A stretch of DNA of 64,000 nt, from the NCBI GenBank assembly GCA_963693365.1, contig CAVNZM010000001.1, positions 12,426,161-12,490,160 of the forward strand, written 5' to 3'. This stretch comes from Amoebidium appalachense (lineage: Eukaryota > Protista > Ichthyosporea). Under the pieces are notes generated by a model. The model searched no databases, had not been told where the DNA came from, and saw nothing but the letters and a program-made list of their open reading frames with translations. Position numbers and translations under genes: made by a program. Below, piece by piece: positions 1 to 27,422 of the stretch (the first letter of the stretch is position 1; the number at the start of each line of letters is the position of its first letter).

Positions 1-583
1 TAAAAATATAATACCACTAAATCTAAGCAGTACCAGTAGCCACTGCGTGTGTAATTCGTCATTTTTCCTTTGCATGGTTCATCATAACAAAACACAACCA
101 ACACTAACAGTTATGATATATCAGTCTATAAAATATACTCTAGATCATGATAAATCTTCCCTCTATTCACTAAAATATCCCACTAAATCTATATTATTAG
201 TAGCCTCTGTGTGTGTAATAATAATACCGCCACGTACGGAGGGTGCCTATTGCTATGGCCTATGAAGGAACCACAACCATAATTAGACTTGCGCTGGCAT
301 CATTTTCGTATAGAAAATTGGTTGCCATTTTCATGTGATGTATATCACAGTCGTTGTATATCTACAAAGGCTGTAATCCTGCAATGCAATTTCATAAGCC
401 CCCCCCCCCCCTCCCCCCCCCCCCCTCCCTTTTACCCACCTCCCCCCCCAGCCCCCCCACATACACACACACAAAGCCAAAAAAAAACCCCCCCGAAGTT
501 GCCTGTTTGCACATTTTCTCCGATCACACCACTAGCACTTGCAAAACCGCACAAATCTGGGAAATTCAGTTCTAAATTTAGGT

Positions 584-2131
584 TTAGACAACGGCTGCGG
601 AAGGGGTTGATGTCGTGTGGCTGAGTTTCTTTAAGGAGGCAGGGACGAAAACCCACCTCTGCAAGTGGCCCTGCAGGCTCCGTGTGCTTAAAGACGCACG
701 GTTAACTGATTGGTTATCGCCCCCGTTGATACCTTCTAAATAAGGATATCCAGACAGAGTCCTCCTGCGCGTGTGGTGCGGTTGCGGCCGCGCATACCAC
801 GACATGCAAAGTACGATCGCCTGAACGAGAAAAACAATTATTCCGGTGTCTTCGAACAACATTTTCCCGGGCGAAGGGGGTCCATCGTTTGCGGGCGCCT
901 GCATGGGTGTAGATAGCAGCTGCACTGTGCGCATGGTGCTAAAAATAGACATTGCGGTTAGGATGCAGCATACCGTGACTGCTTTAAGCACGAAGTACAC
1001 GTACACGGAGCCTTTGGACAGGACGGAGCTTAATAAGCTCATGCTGGCGTTTGATCGGTCGCCAGCCTGACTCGTCGTCCCCGTCATATTGCTTTTTATG
1101 GAAATGGTTACGGAAGTTGTCGTTAAACCCGATATCATCCTCCTTGCATTTGATTTGTTCGGTGCATTCGTTGAAGTCTCCCCCATGGCCTCCATGTCCA
1201 TCTCCCCAACAACCGCGCCGCCATCTGCCTCGGGGACCGTACGTAGCGCGATGTTTGTCGTTTGGCGACTAAGTGGTAGATGTTGTGCATGTTCCTGGGG
1301 TGGAGATGGGTCTGGGGTGAGGCTATTTATAGATCCGCCGCTTAAAGTGCCCGTTTCGACCGATGCTTCCAGCCTACCGGTGCTCGGCCTACTTTCCGAC
1401 GGTGCATGCGACTGCCCGTACTTTAACAGGCGCCGATGACGCTTCCTGCTTCTGAAAATAACTGCAATGACTGCAATAACGTGCCAAAAATAGGCCACAA
1501 GAACAACAAGGAGGGCCAAGGTTGCGGATCCGTAATGGGTTAAGAGAAGAACCCAACGACAGGGTACTGATGGCACATGCCATGGCCATGCGTAGAGGAT
1601 TGTGATTGCCGTGTTCACAATAAGCACACCGACGGTAGAGAACATGAGAAGAAGGGTGAGGCTCCACAATCTAATCCGGTAAAATAAAGTCCGGAATTTG
1701 GATTTGGCCACCTTTGACCGTACGAGATGCGGTGTTGGAAGGGTTAACTTTCTCCACTGGTGAATGGCCAGACATAATGAATTGAGTGCAAATATGAGCG
1801 CGTACAGACGTAGCAACAAATAGATGTTCTCTTTGTAAACTGCGCGATAATTGAAAGGATCCGGAAACAGAGAGGCAAGAAAACAGCTCGACAGAAATAG
1901 GTTAATAGCCTGCAGTTTTTCTTGAGGTTTCATGAACGGCCTTAATCCCCCACTCCGCTTGATGAGTGACGCCGTGAAGGTTAAAGTAACGATGAAACAA
2001 AGGGTGCTTACGGCAATAAATGGATACCAAAGCAGATCATGTTCTCTACCCAAGCATTGTGCCCAGGTGATAGTGCAACCCGCCAGGGTGTGGTGAAGTG
2101 GGCAGTCAAAAGTGATGTTTCGACACGCCAT
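584..2131 (-). CDS. Intronless seven-transmembrane (GPCR-like; THH1/TOM1/GPR137-like) membrane protein, 515 aa
   Basis: Long ATG-initiated ORF outside repeats. About 7 hydrophobic segments (WYPFIAVSTLCFIVTLTF; LQAINLFLSSCFLASLF; IYLLLRLYALIFALNSLCLAI; LWSLTLLLMFSTVGVLIV; LALLVVLVAYFWHVIAVIAVIF; VYVYFVLKAVTVCCILTAMSIF; IIVFLVQAIVLCMSW) and a long Ser/Thr-rich loop between TM5 and TM6. The DP after TM2 and W at the end of TM3 recall the THH1/TOM1 family; the family call is inference. Confidence 0.75.
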   Translation of the reverse strand: MACRNITFDCPLHHTLAGCTITWAQCLGREHDLLWYPFIAVSTLCFIVTLTFTASLIKRSGGLRPFMKPQEKLQAINLFLSSCFLASLFPDPFNYRAVYKENIYLLLRLYALIFALNSLCLAIHQWRKLTLPTPHLVRSKVAKSKFRTLFYRIRLWSLTLLLMFSTVGVLIVNTAITILYAWPWHVPSVPCRWVLLLTHYGSATLALLVVLVAYFWHVIAVIAVIFRSRKRHRRLLKYGQSHAPSESRPSTGRLEASVETGTLSGGSINSLTPDPSPPQEHAQHLPLSRQTTNIALRTVPEADGGAVVGEMDMEAMGETSTNAPNKSNARRMISGLTTTSVTISIKSNMTGTTSQAGDRSNASMSLLSSVLSKGSVYVYFVLKAVTVCCILTAMSIFSTMRTVQLLSTPMQAPANDGPPSPGKMLFEDTGIIVFLVQAIVLCMSWYARPQPHHTRRRTLSGYPYLEGINGGDNQSVNRASLSTRSLQGHLQRWVFVPASLKKLSHTTSTPSAAVV

Positions 2132-4100
2132 TTCGATAGATGGTCAGGGACCGTGACCTGGTTTCGGCTCATGTTGGGAGCATCTTAGTACATGGATTAT
2201 AGTCTATGTGCAGATGAGGCGAGAGTTTTGTACGTTGTTAACAATGCATGACGCTGGATTGTGTATAGAGGCCAAAGATGTTAATGCTCAGCCTCAAACC
2301 TGTATTGCCAATATAACAAAGTTACTATCATGTGACTGTGCAACTGCCAAGTTTGCCATCTAGATCTCAATTAGCAAAGCAGTTTGAACATTAGGAGTCT
2401 TCGATGAGTGCCGGCAAAGCTAGGATCCAAGTTTTCTGCTTCTTTTGTGTATGTATGTGGGCGTGCAGAACTCTACAGTATATCTGAGTATCTTCAATAT
2501 ATAGGTGGCTCGGTAAGTGATTAAGTAAGTCATCAGCCCACGGTGTGAGCTTTTTACCCACTCGAGCGTTTTCCAACTGCGCGGCACCGCCTAGCCGCGG
2601 CACACATATGTGACCCCCGGATTTTGGCTTTTTTTTGTAGCTCGGAAAAGATTCTGGTTTACACGGAAAAGATTCAAACGCGCCGAAAATAGCCCGGGCC
2701 TGTTATGTGTAGGGAGAGCGCCCTGAGGGTCGTTTAAACGCACCAGCCATCCAATAGGGAATTTGCAACGTTTAGGTTGCAAAACAATGCTTGGTCCAAA
2801 TGGCCCGAACGAGCGGCCCGAATCGAGCATGATCTTAGCATGATCTAAGCAGGAAATTGCCAGGAATTTGGGGCTGACAAGCCTGCTGTGATCTGATTGG
2901 ACGGATAGCGGGGTGCGAAAATCAAAGCCCGATCATCTCGAGCTTTCAAAGAAGAGAGTAATCTGCGCCAGAGTAGAGGTTTTTGAGGCGGAAAACAAGC
3001 ATTAAAAAATTGCTCGGTGTGCTTTTTTTCCAGCCACATGAATATTGCTGTAGTCCGACCGTTAGTATTGACACTGGTGCGGCGGTGGCTCACGAGCCTT
3101 GCTGCCTTGACTGACCAACAGCTCCTCTAAAAAACTGCATCGGACCTGCGAAACAAAAATCGAGCAGTGTAAATTCCTGAGTTAACCGCATATGGCTTTT
3201 CGCCGTAAGATTTTTGCGGTTTTACCCCTTTCTCTAAATTTGTGCACGACCGAAAGAATGCAAGTTTCCTGACTCTCAGCGATCACTGACACCGTATGCG
3301 GGCCGGCCCCAACGAGCCAGATCAAAAAAAAAAACATAATAAATAAAATATTTGGGACAAGAATAATATAAATAAATAAATATAATCACATATTATAACA
3401 AAATAACATATACTTCAGGAAAGAAATAAATATATTTTTATTAATAAAGTCGATCGCTGAGAGTCAGGAAACTTGCATTCTTTCGGTCGTGCACAAATTT
3501 AGAGAAGGGGTAAAACCGCAAAAATCTTACGGCGAAAAGCAATGTGCGGTTAACTCAGGAATTTACACTGCTCGATTTTTGTTTCGCAGGTCCGATGCAG
3601 TTTTTTAGAGTAGCTGTATGCATGTATGCATAGCCTGTAGGTCAGTCAACGCAGCAAGGCTCGTGAGCCACCGCCGCACCAGTGTCAATACTAACGGTCG
3701 GACTACAGCAATATTCATGTGGCTAGAAAAAAAAGCACACCGAGCAATTTTTAAAGCTTGTTTTCCGCCTCAAAAACCTCTACTCTGGCGCAGATTACTC
3801 TCTTTGAAAGCTCGAGATGATCGGGCTTGATTTTCGCACCCCGCTATCCGTCCAATCAGATCACAGCAGGCTTGTCAGCGCCAAATTCCTGGCAATTTCC
3901 TGCTTAGATCATGCTCGATTCGGGCCGCTCGTTCGGGCCATTTGGACCAAGCATTGTTTTGCAACCTAAAAGTTGCAAATTCCCTATTGGATGGCTGGTG
4001 CGTTCAAACGACCCTTAGGGCGCTCTCCCTACACTATACAGGCCCGGGCTATTTTGAGCTTATCTCGCGCGGGTCGGACACAGCGCGTTGAATCTTTCGT

Positions 4101-4592
4101 AATGTGGTGTGGTGTAAAAACGCAAAGATGATTATGGATTGGCGGTGTAATCGGTTTCTGCTGTCTCCTGCTCGTATGTGTAATATGTGTGGGGGGCGGT
4201 TTACTCGCGGCAGCATATCTATCAATAAGTGCAACCTGTTAGCTAGCGTATTAGAACCGGAGGTTATTATTGGCGGTTTTATTCTCTTTTCTTCCTCTCT
4301 TCCTCAATATACCCGTTTTAAGATGACTATCCTAGATCACCTTATTAATGCTGCACAGTATGATATTGTGATCCGGTGCCTTAACTTTCTTTCGGAGCTA
4401 CCGATGCTAGCCTCTGCTTACCCATAATATGTAGTAGGGGTGTCATATACTACGATGGCGCTCATTGTTGCCTAGCATGTACATATGTCACTGGCTGCAT
4501 TTGATTGGCTGCGCTGGAAAACGCAGTAGGCCGTCGAATGTGGCTGGGCCTCCGGCAGTGTCCACGCAATAAAAAGTGTGTAAACCTCCCCC
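4101..4592 (+). mobile_element. 5'-truncated copy of the small-ORF cassette inserted in the palindrome arm
   Basis: Absent from the mirrored left arm. Direct repeat of ~6028-6505. Ends AATAAAAAGTGTGTAAACC(T)CCCC, as does 60518-60561. Confidence 0.7.
4128..4427 (+). CDS. Small CxxC-containing protein (99 aa), ORF B of a mobile cassette, copy 1
   Basis: Paralog of 6065-6361. Differences are about 19 synonymous codon changes, about 15 mostly conservative amino-acid changes and one in-frame 3-nt indel (hand count). Motif WRCNRFLxSPARMCNMCGGRF. Confidence 0.7.
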   Translation: MIMDWRCNRFLLSPARMCNMCGGRFTRGSISINKCNLLASVLEPEVIIGGFILFSSSLPQYTRFKMTILDHLINAAQYDIVIRCLNFLSELPMLASAYP

Positions 4593-4989
4593 CTTCCGAG
4601 CTACAAAAAAATGCCAAAATTCGGGGGTCATAAATGGTGTGCGGTGCGCGCGGGTGGTGCGCGTGCGAGCCGCTAAGTTAGTTCGACTCTGGCCTGTCTT
4701 GCTCTCGAGAACAAATGATCCCATGAAAAACTGTAAAAAACAATTTAAAACCCCATCTATTTTGTATTGAAATATTTGTTTAGACCCCTATAATGATAAT
4801 ATCGGGCATTGTTTTGATTGGATTTCCACTCGTGGTGACTCACAGTTCACTGCTGACTGATTGGCTCATGGCGCACCCAAAACTCCCGAGGTTTCCTCTC
4901 ATATGGGCATTCAAGCCTACGCATCAGTGCTACGATAGGGACCCCTACGATTTAAAAAACCGTTTTACGGAAAGGGAGCCCTACGTATA

Positions 4990-5480
4990 CGTGTGCAAAC
5001 GTCACCGTGTGCGTGTCCCACTTCACTGCAGTGAGGGTGTGTGTGTGAATGTGTGTATGTGTGCGTGTTTGTTCGTGCGTGTGTGTAATATGTATGTGTC
5101 CGCATGTCTGTGTACATACACGTGTGTGTATGTGTGTGTGTGTGCGTGCGTATGATCGAGTCGGACGTGTAGGTGTGACCGGGAGTATGCGTCTGTACCG
5201 TGACACACGTGCACGCACAGCTCAGTATCTCCGCACGCGCGTGAATGAATTGTGTGTTTGTGCGCGTGAGGGCATGCCGGTGTCTTCCGAACAGGGTATG
5301 TACGTGTGTGTGTATGTATGTGCGTGTGGGTGTATGTTCGTGTGTGGTGTGTGTGTGTGTGTGTGCACGTGCATGCATACCACGTGTGTGGGTGTGTGCA
5401 CATGTGCGTGTACATGTGTATGTGTGTGTGCTTGCGTACGACTGGGTACATGCATGTGCGCGCACACACACATGAATGCC
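4990..5480. repeat. Degenerate (TG)n / alternating purine-pyrimidine tract
   Basis: Directly visible GT/GC/AT alternation. Confidence 0.9.
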
Positions 5481-5893
5481 GGTGAGTGTGGTTTGGGTAT
5501 GAGGCCTGGTGGGTTTTATGAGTGTGCAATGCCATGTGTTTGTGCTTTCGGGCACTTCATATTCAAGTGCACACAACTTCTTGTACGTTTCTTAGCTTAC
5601 TGGCCTCTCCACACCTATTTCTAGACGCCTTTTTGATTCTCTCTACGCACTCACACCACCCTCACAACGCGTACACGAATTAGCCCTTAAATCTCACGAG
5701 CACATCACCCGCCTGTCCGCCATTGCCCCGACCCACCCACTCTTCCGGCTACACGCATCCCCGCCGGACTCGCCCCTCTACCTCTTCCCATCCACTTCGT
5801 GGTCTGCCCATTGTCGAGAGATATGCGGAGTGGCTGGCGACACCACCGGAGGTACGGCTGGATCATAGTGTGAACATCAATAGTTTTAAGTGT

Positions 5894-6058
5894 ATGGCTG
5901 ATAGATACCTTTTTACGTTACGTGTCGAGTCCCTTCCTGGGTTAGGACAGCAAAAACACCAACTACTAGTAGCCTATATGGCGGATACGGTTAGAACGTC
6001 TCGTTCCTACATAGATTCGTTTTTCATGATGTTGTGTGGTATAAACACGCAAAGATAA
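5894..6058 (+). CDS. Small hypothetical protein, ORF A of the cassette (54 aa from ATG; frame open from 5723)
   Basis: C-terminus MLCGINTQR* is conserved as MWCGVKTQR* at 4102-4131 in the other copy, with the stop at the same position just before ORF B. Confidence 0.45.
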   Translation: MADRYLFTLRVESLPGLGQQKHQLLVAYMADTVRTSRSYIDSFFMMLCGINTQR

Positions 6059-6064
6059 CGTTAG

Positions 6065-6361
6065 ATGATCATGTCTTGGCGGTGTAATCGTTTTTTGGTG
6101 TCTCCTGCCCGTATGTGTAATATGTGTGGGGGGCGGTTTACTCGCGGATGCATATCTATCAATAAGTGTAACCTGCTAGATAACATCGTAGAACCGGAGG
6201 TTATGGGCGGCTTCATTCTCTTTTCTGCCTCTCTCCCTCAGTATATCCGTTATATAATGACCGTCCTAGATCACCTTATTAATGCTGCACAGTATGATGT
6301 TGTGATACGGTGTCTTACCTTTCTCTCAGAGCTACCAATGCTAGCCTCTGCGTATCCATAA
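6065..6361 (+). CDS. Small CxxC-containing protein (98 aa), ORF B of a mobile cassette, copy 2
   Basis: Paralog of 4128-4427 with synonymous-biased divergence. Followed by the shared ~110-bp terminal region 6396-6505 (TGATTGG, AATAAA, TAAACCCCC). Confidence 0.7.
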   Translation: MIMSWRCNRFLVSPARMCNMCGGRFTRGCISINKCNLLDNIVEPEVMGGFILFSASLPQYIRYIMTVLDHLINAAQYDVVIRCLTFLSELPMLASAYP

Positions 6362-7202
6362 TCTATACTAGGGTTGTATTATTGCGTACCGTGTGCATAT
6401 GTCACTAGCTGCATTTGATTGGCTGCGCTGGAAAACGCAGTAGGCCGTCAAGTGAGGCTGGGCCCCTGACGATGTCCGTTAGCAATAAATTGTACGTAAA
6501 CCCCCTTGGTAACTGACCAGCTCTTTATAGAAACTGGATTTTTATCCGGATTTTACATTTCTCACAGGTGAAAGAGCCCCCCCCCCCCCCCCCCCCATTC
6601 GTGCATGAAATTTTGCATATCCAAAACTTTGCCATATGTTCATAACGAGAATTTGATTCGTTACATCGCGTACCAAGAGACCACACAACCCCCTACCACA
6701 ACCCACTTCGACTGCGTATTTCCTGCAAAATTTGCACCACCATACTATGTACATTAATTATATCACATAACCCACAACCGATTCTAACCCAATGTGGAAC
6801 TTAAAAGGATGATTGATATCCGTGCCATTCCTACCTAGCGTAAAGTTATCCTTTTAAACTCCCCATCATCGCATTCGGAAAAAAGGCACAAATGAACAAA
6901 CCAAAAACGAAACCATTATCGATGACACAGCCTTTTGCCAACACGCAATTTGAAAAATGTTTCCAGAAGAAGCAAGCACCAAAAAAGCACAAGAAAACTC
7001 TGGCAGATATAATGGGCGGGAAAGACAGATAGACCCAAAAAAGGACCATGGTATTGATATACATCAGTACCATATTTGACAGCTCTATCCGTTCGGAATC
7101 ACAACACCTCATGAAGAAGTAAATGGAGTTTCGACCACCCACATCAACCGCCCCTCCCGGGTTGTCTGGTGACGCCTTCCAAAAAACCCGGGAGATCAGG
7201 TT

Positions 7203-23724
<16,522 letters not shown>

Positions 23725-23903
23725 TCCCTACGGCTGCTGCCACATCAGCTGGAAAACTGAATGTTGAAGTATTGCGGGATACCACTGCGCAGGTGCGAAG
23801 CCGAAAAAAAAAAGAAGAGGAATATGGCCGGGAAACGATTATTTGAATAATTTCGTATGTGGTGGGGTAGACCACGATTGCTGAATGATAACTGTGTATC
23901 AAA
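23725..23903. promoter_or_regulatory. Probable short bidirectional promoter
   Basis: About 180 bp between the ATG16 start codon (-) and a putative + strand start at 23904; repeat-free. Depends on the low-confidence gene model next to it. Confidence 0.35.
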
Positions 23904-24392
23904 ATGGATTTGCTTGATCTGCGAAAAGTTGACTCCACCCAAACCCAAACCGCTGGAATTAGGAGATCCAGAATGTGCGTTGCAGCCGCCAGAAACGGAA
24001 GGCAGGCTAGGTATGCGCCCCTATGTCTCTCTTATCTACCCACTATTGCAGATCCACCCATGCGATAACATCAATAAGATAATTAGAAAGGCACCTGTGC
24101 CTACTGAACAGTTTTTTAGCGACCGTCCTCAGTAGAGCAAAGTCGCGCACTAAACTATCACCTGGAACACTGTTAAGTAGAATCCCTTCAACATTAAAAC
24201 CAAGCCTTTCTGTTTCTAGCTATACAGACATACAGTTGTGTTTATTCCGTTTGACCCAGGAAAACGAAAATTGAGGAAGTGAGCCCTTTTGTTCTCGGAG
24301 CCGATTACGTTGTTGTTGGCTCATGAGATTCGGGCCAAAATTGACCCGATTTGAAAGCTTTGATGCGCGGCGCCAGCCCGCGGGCCCGAGGA

Positions 24393-24428
<36 letters not shown>

Positions 24429-26499
24429 TTGGGGGGCGTGGTATGACCACGGGTGTTTCTAGATGGCCGTGGGTATGACGAATATAGTAGTAGTGTCTAT
24501 TGGGGCCAGCAGATTAATAGATAGAGATCAGCCTCGGATTATTATTTTCTTTTATTTGTGTGTGTCGTGTTGGGAATGAAGGTGGTGGTGGTGGTGGTGG
24601 TGGGGGGGGCTGGGGCCGCCGGGGGGGGGGGGGGGGGGGGGGTTTCTCGGCATATATCCCCAAAGTGTTCACATGGATGGTGGTTGTTGTTCATCAATCA
24701 AACGTCTGCAATGCAACCGTGCACTGCATAATGCTATTTAAATATCAATCATTCACATGGGATGGTGGTTGTTGTTCATCTATCAAACGTCTGCAATGCA
24801 ACCGTGCACTGCATAATGCTATTTAAATATCAATCATTCACATGGGATGGTGGTTGTTGTTCATCTATCAAACGTCTGCAATGCAACCGTGCACTACATA
24901 ATGCTATTTAAATAGACAACTGGGTTATTCAGTCTCCCCGTTTTTTTCTTTCTTTCTTTCCTTTTTTTATCCTTTTTTTTTTTCTTTTTTTTTTTTTTGC
25001 CCCTCGCCGACCTGGCGTCCACTTCAAGTTAGACGCAAAAGACCCCCCCCCCCCCCCCCCCCCCCCCCCTCTCAAAAAAAAAAAAAAAAAAAAAACAGTT
25101 AAAAATCCAGACAAAGAACTCCTTCCCGGCGAGTCCCCCGCCCATTTTTTCTTTTGCACCAGTCAAAAATTTTGGTATGTCCATGGAAATAATCCGCTTC
25201 ACGATCAAACATCCCCCTCCCCCCTCCCCTCCCCTCCCCCTTTCTTCTAAATCGTTCTCTTGCCTGTAACCTAATAAAGCTTTCCTACTTTTTTATCTTG
25301 TTTATTTTTTTGGGGGGGTGAACTCGGAGGGGACAGGTGGGAAGGGAAGGGAGGAAAAGGGTTTTTTTTTTTTTTTTTTTTTTTTTTTTGGGGGGGGGGG
25401 GGGAGGGCTCGGTGGGATAGAACATGTACAGCAGTAGGCTGCAGCTGGTGAACCGGTACCCCTACCCGGATGTTGGGAGTGGGCACCGGCTCCAACAGGT
25501 TGTCAGGTATGGTGACAGCGTGTGCATGCACGTGGGCGCGCAGCGCCAAGCCACCTCAGTATGTGTGAGTTTTATTTTCTGTTTTTTTTCCCTCCTGCAA
25601 AAATGTTTTTGGGCGATGGGAGGGGGGAGGGGAGGGGGCCAAGGGCCGATGATTTGTTGCACATGTACAAAATGTTGTGGTGATGATTTGCTTCTCGATT
25701 GCTTGACCTCCCCCCCCCCTCCCCCCCCCCCCCCCCCCCCCCTCCCCACCCAAAAAAAAATAAATAAAAATAAAAAATATAAAAAAAAATCTGAGTCTCC
25801 CCCTCTTCCTTCACTTTTTTGTGTTGGTATTGTGCAATTTACCCCCATTTTCGTTCAAAGTTTTGTTTTCGTTCTTATTGTGCATCTCCCGGATCCCCTC
25901 CCCCCTCCCCCCTCCCCCCTCCCCCTGCCCCCTGTACACCCCCCCCCCCCCTCCCTTCCGGGCCCCTCCCCCCCCCCCCCCCCCCTCCCCCCCCCCCCCC
26001 CCCCCCCAGTTCAAGATATGGGGGAAGAGGTGGGGAGAACGGAGGTGGGTGTGTGGTGGGAAGGGGCTATACGAGCACAGCCCCCCAAACCATAGAAACT
26101 TTAGAAGCCATTGATGGAATCAAGTAATCAACGTGCGCGCACGCACACACACACACACACACACACGTGGGCAATGCACACGCACACGCCCTCGCACACA
26201 CACGCTCCCACGCTCCCACGCACACACACACACACACACAAGTCCGCTGTCATGCAACACAGTTTAATGGAATTTGCGTAGTTTTTCCCGTCCTGACACC
26301 TGGTCGGAGGAACATATAGTGAATCGAAATAAAGTACTACATCAGCACCAGTAAGTCGCTCAACGACAATGTGTGTACAGGCCTGGATGAAATGTAAAAT
26401 GCGGAATACATTGCATACATGTATACTACATGCCAAGCTAAATGCATGCAAGTGGGATCACTCCAAAAACACGTGCACAAGGGATGTTTCAGCATGAGA

Positions 26500-26531
<32 letters not shown>

Positions 26532-26705
26532 TTCAAAAAAAAAAAAAGTATTGACAGGAAGGCATCCAAAGAAAGAAAAACGAAAGACTGAGAAACAAAC
26601 ACTATGTATTACCAACACATATTCTTTCCCAACCCACACCTCTCTTACTTCCACTCAGTACGTGCGCCATTCTCTCTCCAGGTCACTCTCTCTTTCTAAA
26701 TATGC

Positions 26706-26736
<31 letters not shown>

Positions 26737-26929
26737 AAACAAACAAAAAAACACTCTTTTGATTGGCTAGTCGCTGCCCATGCTGCTGACTGGTGCCGGT
26801 GCCTGCTTTATGACGAGTTTGCCTGAGCCCGACCCGACCCGGCCCAGAGACATACCGTCCTGTGGGCCGCCGTGCAAAGAGTTAAAAATATTGGGTGCTA
26901 CGTTGAAAGGGTTGAAAGGGGCACGACAT
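23904..26929 (+). CDS. Putative multi-exon gene of unknown function (3' end unresolved, probably ~27030-27100)
   Basis: Phase-consistent chain 23904-24010 (donor GTATGC), 25432-25558 (GTATGT), 26771-26929 (GTAAGT): MDLLDLRKV...SRLQLVNRYPYPDVG...SLPMLLTGAGACF. Unique GC-balanced islands between microsatellite introns; no recognisable domain. Confidence 0.35.
24668..24913. repeat. Minisatellite, 84-85-bp unit x3
   Basis: TTCACATGG(G)ATGGTGGTTGTTGTTCATC...GCTATTTAAATA starts at 24668, 24752 and 24837. Confidence 0.95.
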
Positions 26930-27422
26930 GTAAGTCGTGCAAAGGTGAAGTATGGATGCAAAAAAAAAAAAAAAAAAAAAAAAAGTTACGTACGGATGCA
27001 ACATGCAGCCTTATTCAATAGCATTAGATGAGTGCAGCATGCAAGGGTACGTATGAGCAACAACGTCTTGCTCGGCGCTCAGTAGTTTAAGCCTATTACT
27101 TGAAGTCTCAGTGGGAGTGGCAGGGTTATTGAATTGCCCAAGTAAGAAGCGGAAAGCACCGGGTGCTGGCTTCGATACATCAATAGCTGTGAACACCATG
27201 TCCGATTTCCAACAACTACATTCTCTTCCCTCTCCCTCTCTCTACCCCCCTACCTCCCTCTCCCCCCATTTGCTTTCCCCTGTCATTCTATCATTTTGTT
27301 TTAGGGGAGGTTTTGAGAGGTAGTGGTGGTGGTGGTGGTGGTGATGGAAGTGTGTGCCTGTGTCTGCGTGTGGGTTTTGGGTCGTGGGTTGTGGGTTGAA
27401 GGAGGCAGAGGTGGGGAGGGGG

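Larger units (their letters stand above)
2611..4630. mobile_element. Foldback-like element / long inverted repeat with ~600-bp arms
   Basis: 2686-3284 is the near-perfect reverse complement of 3452-4055, around a ~167-bp AT-rich spacer. The symmetry resumes further out (2611-2647 vs 4594-4630; 2665-2683 vs 4083-4099) once an insertion in the right arm is removed. Confidence 0.85.

Noticed and set aside
2845-3830. Mirror ORFs 2845-3093 (-) and 3618-3830 (+)
   Set aside because: Products of the inverted repeat; they differ by frameshifting indels, so there is no sign of coding constraint.
4486-4592. LTR interpretation of the cassette terminus (starts TGTCAC, has CCAAT box and AATAAA)
   Set aside because: No terminal CA, no polypurine tract or PBS, and no gag/pol between the copies; the homology includes the upstream ORFs.
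6558-6571. 14-nt match TTTCTCACAGGTGA to the ATG16 exon at 7983
   Set aside because: Too short and isolated; compatible with chance.
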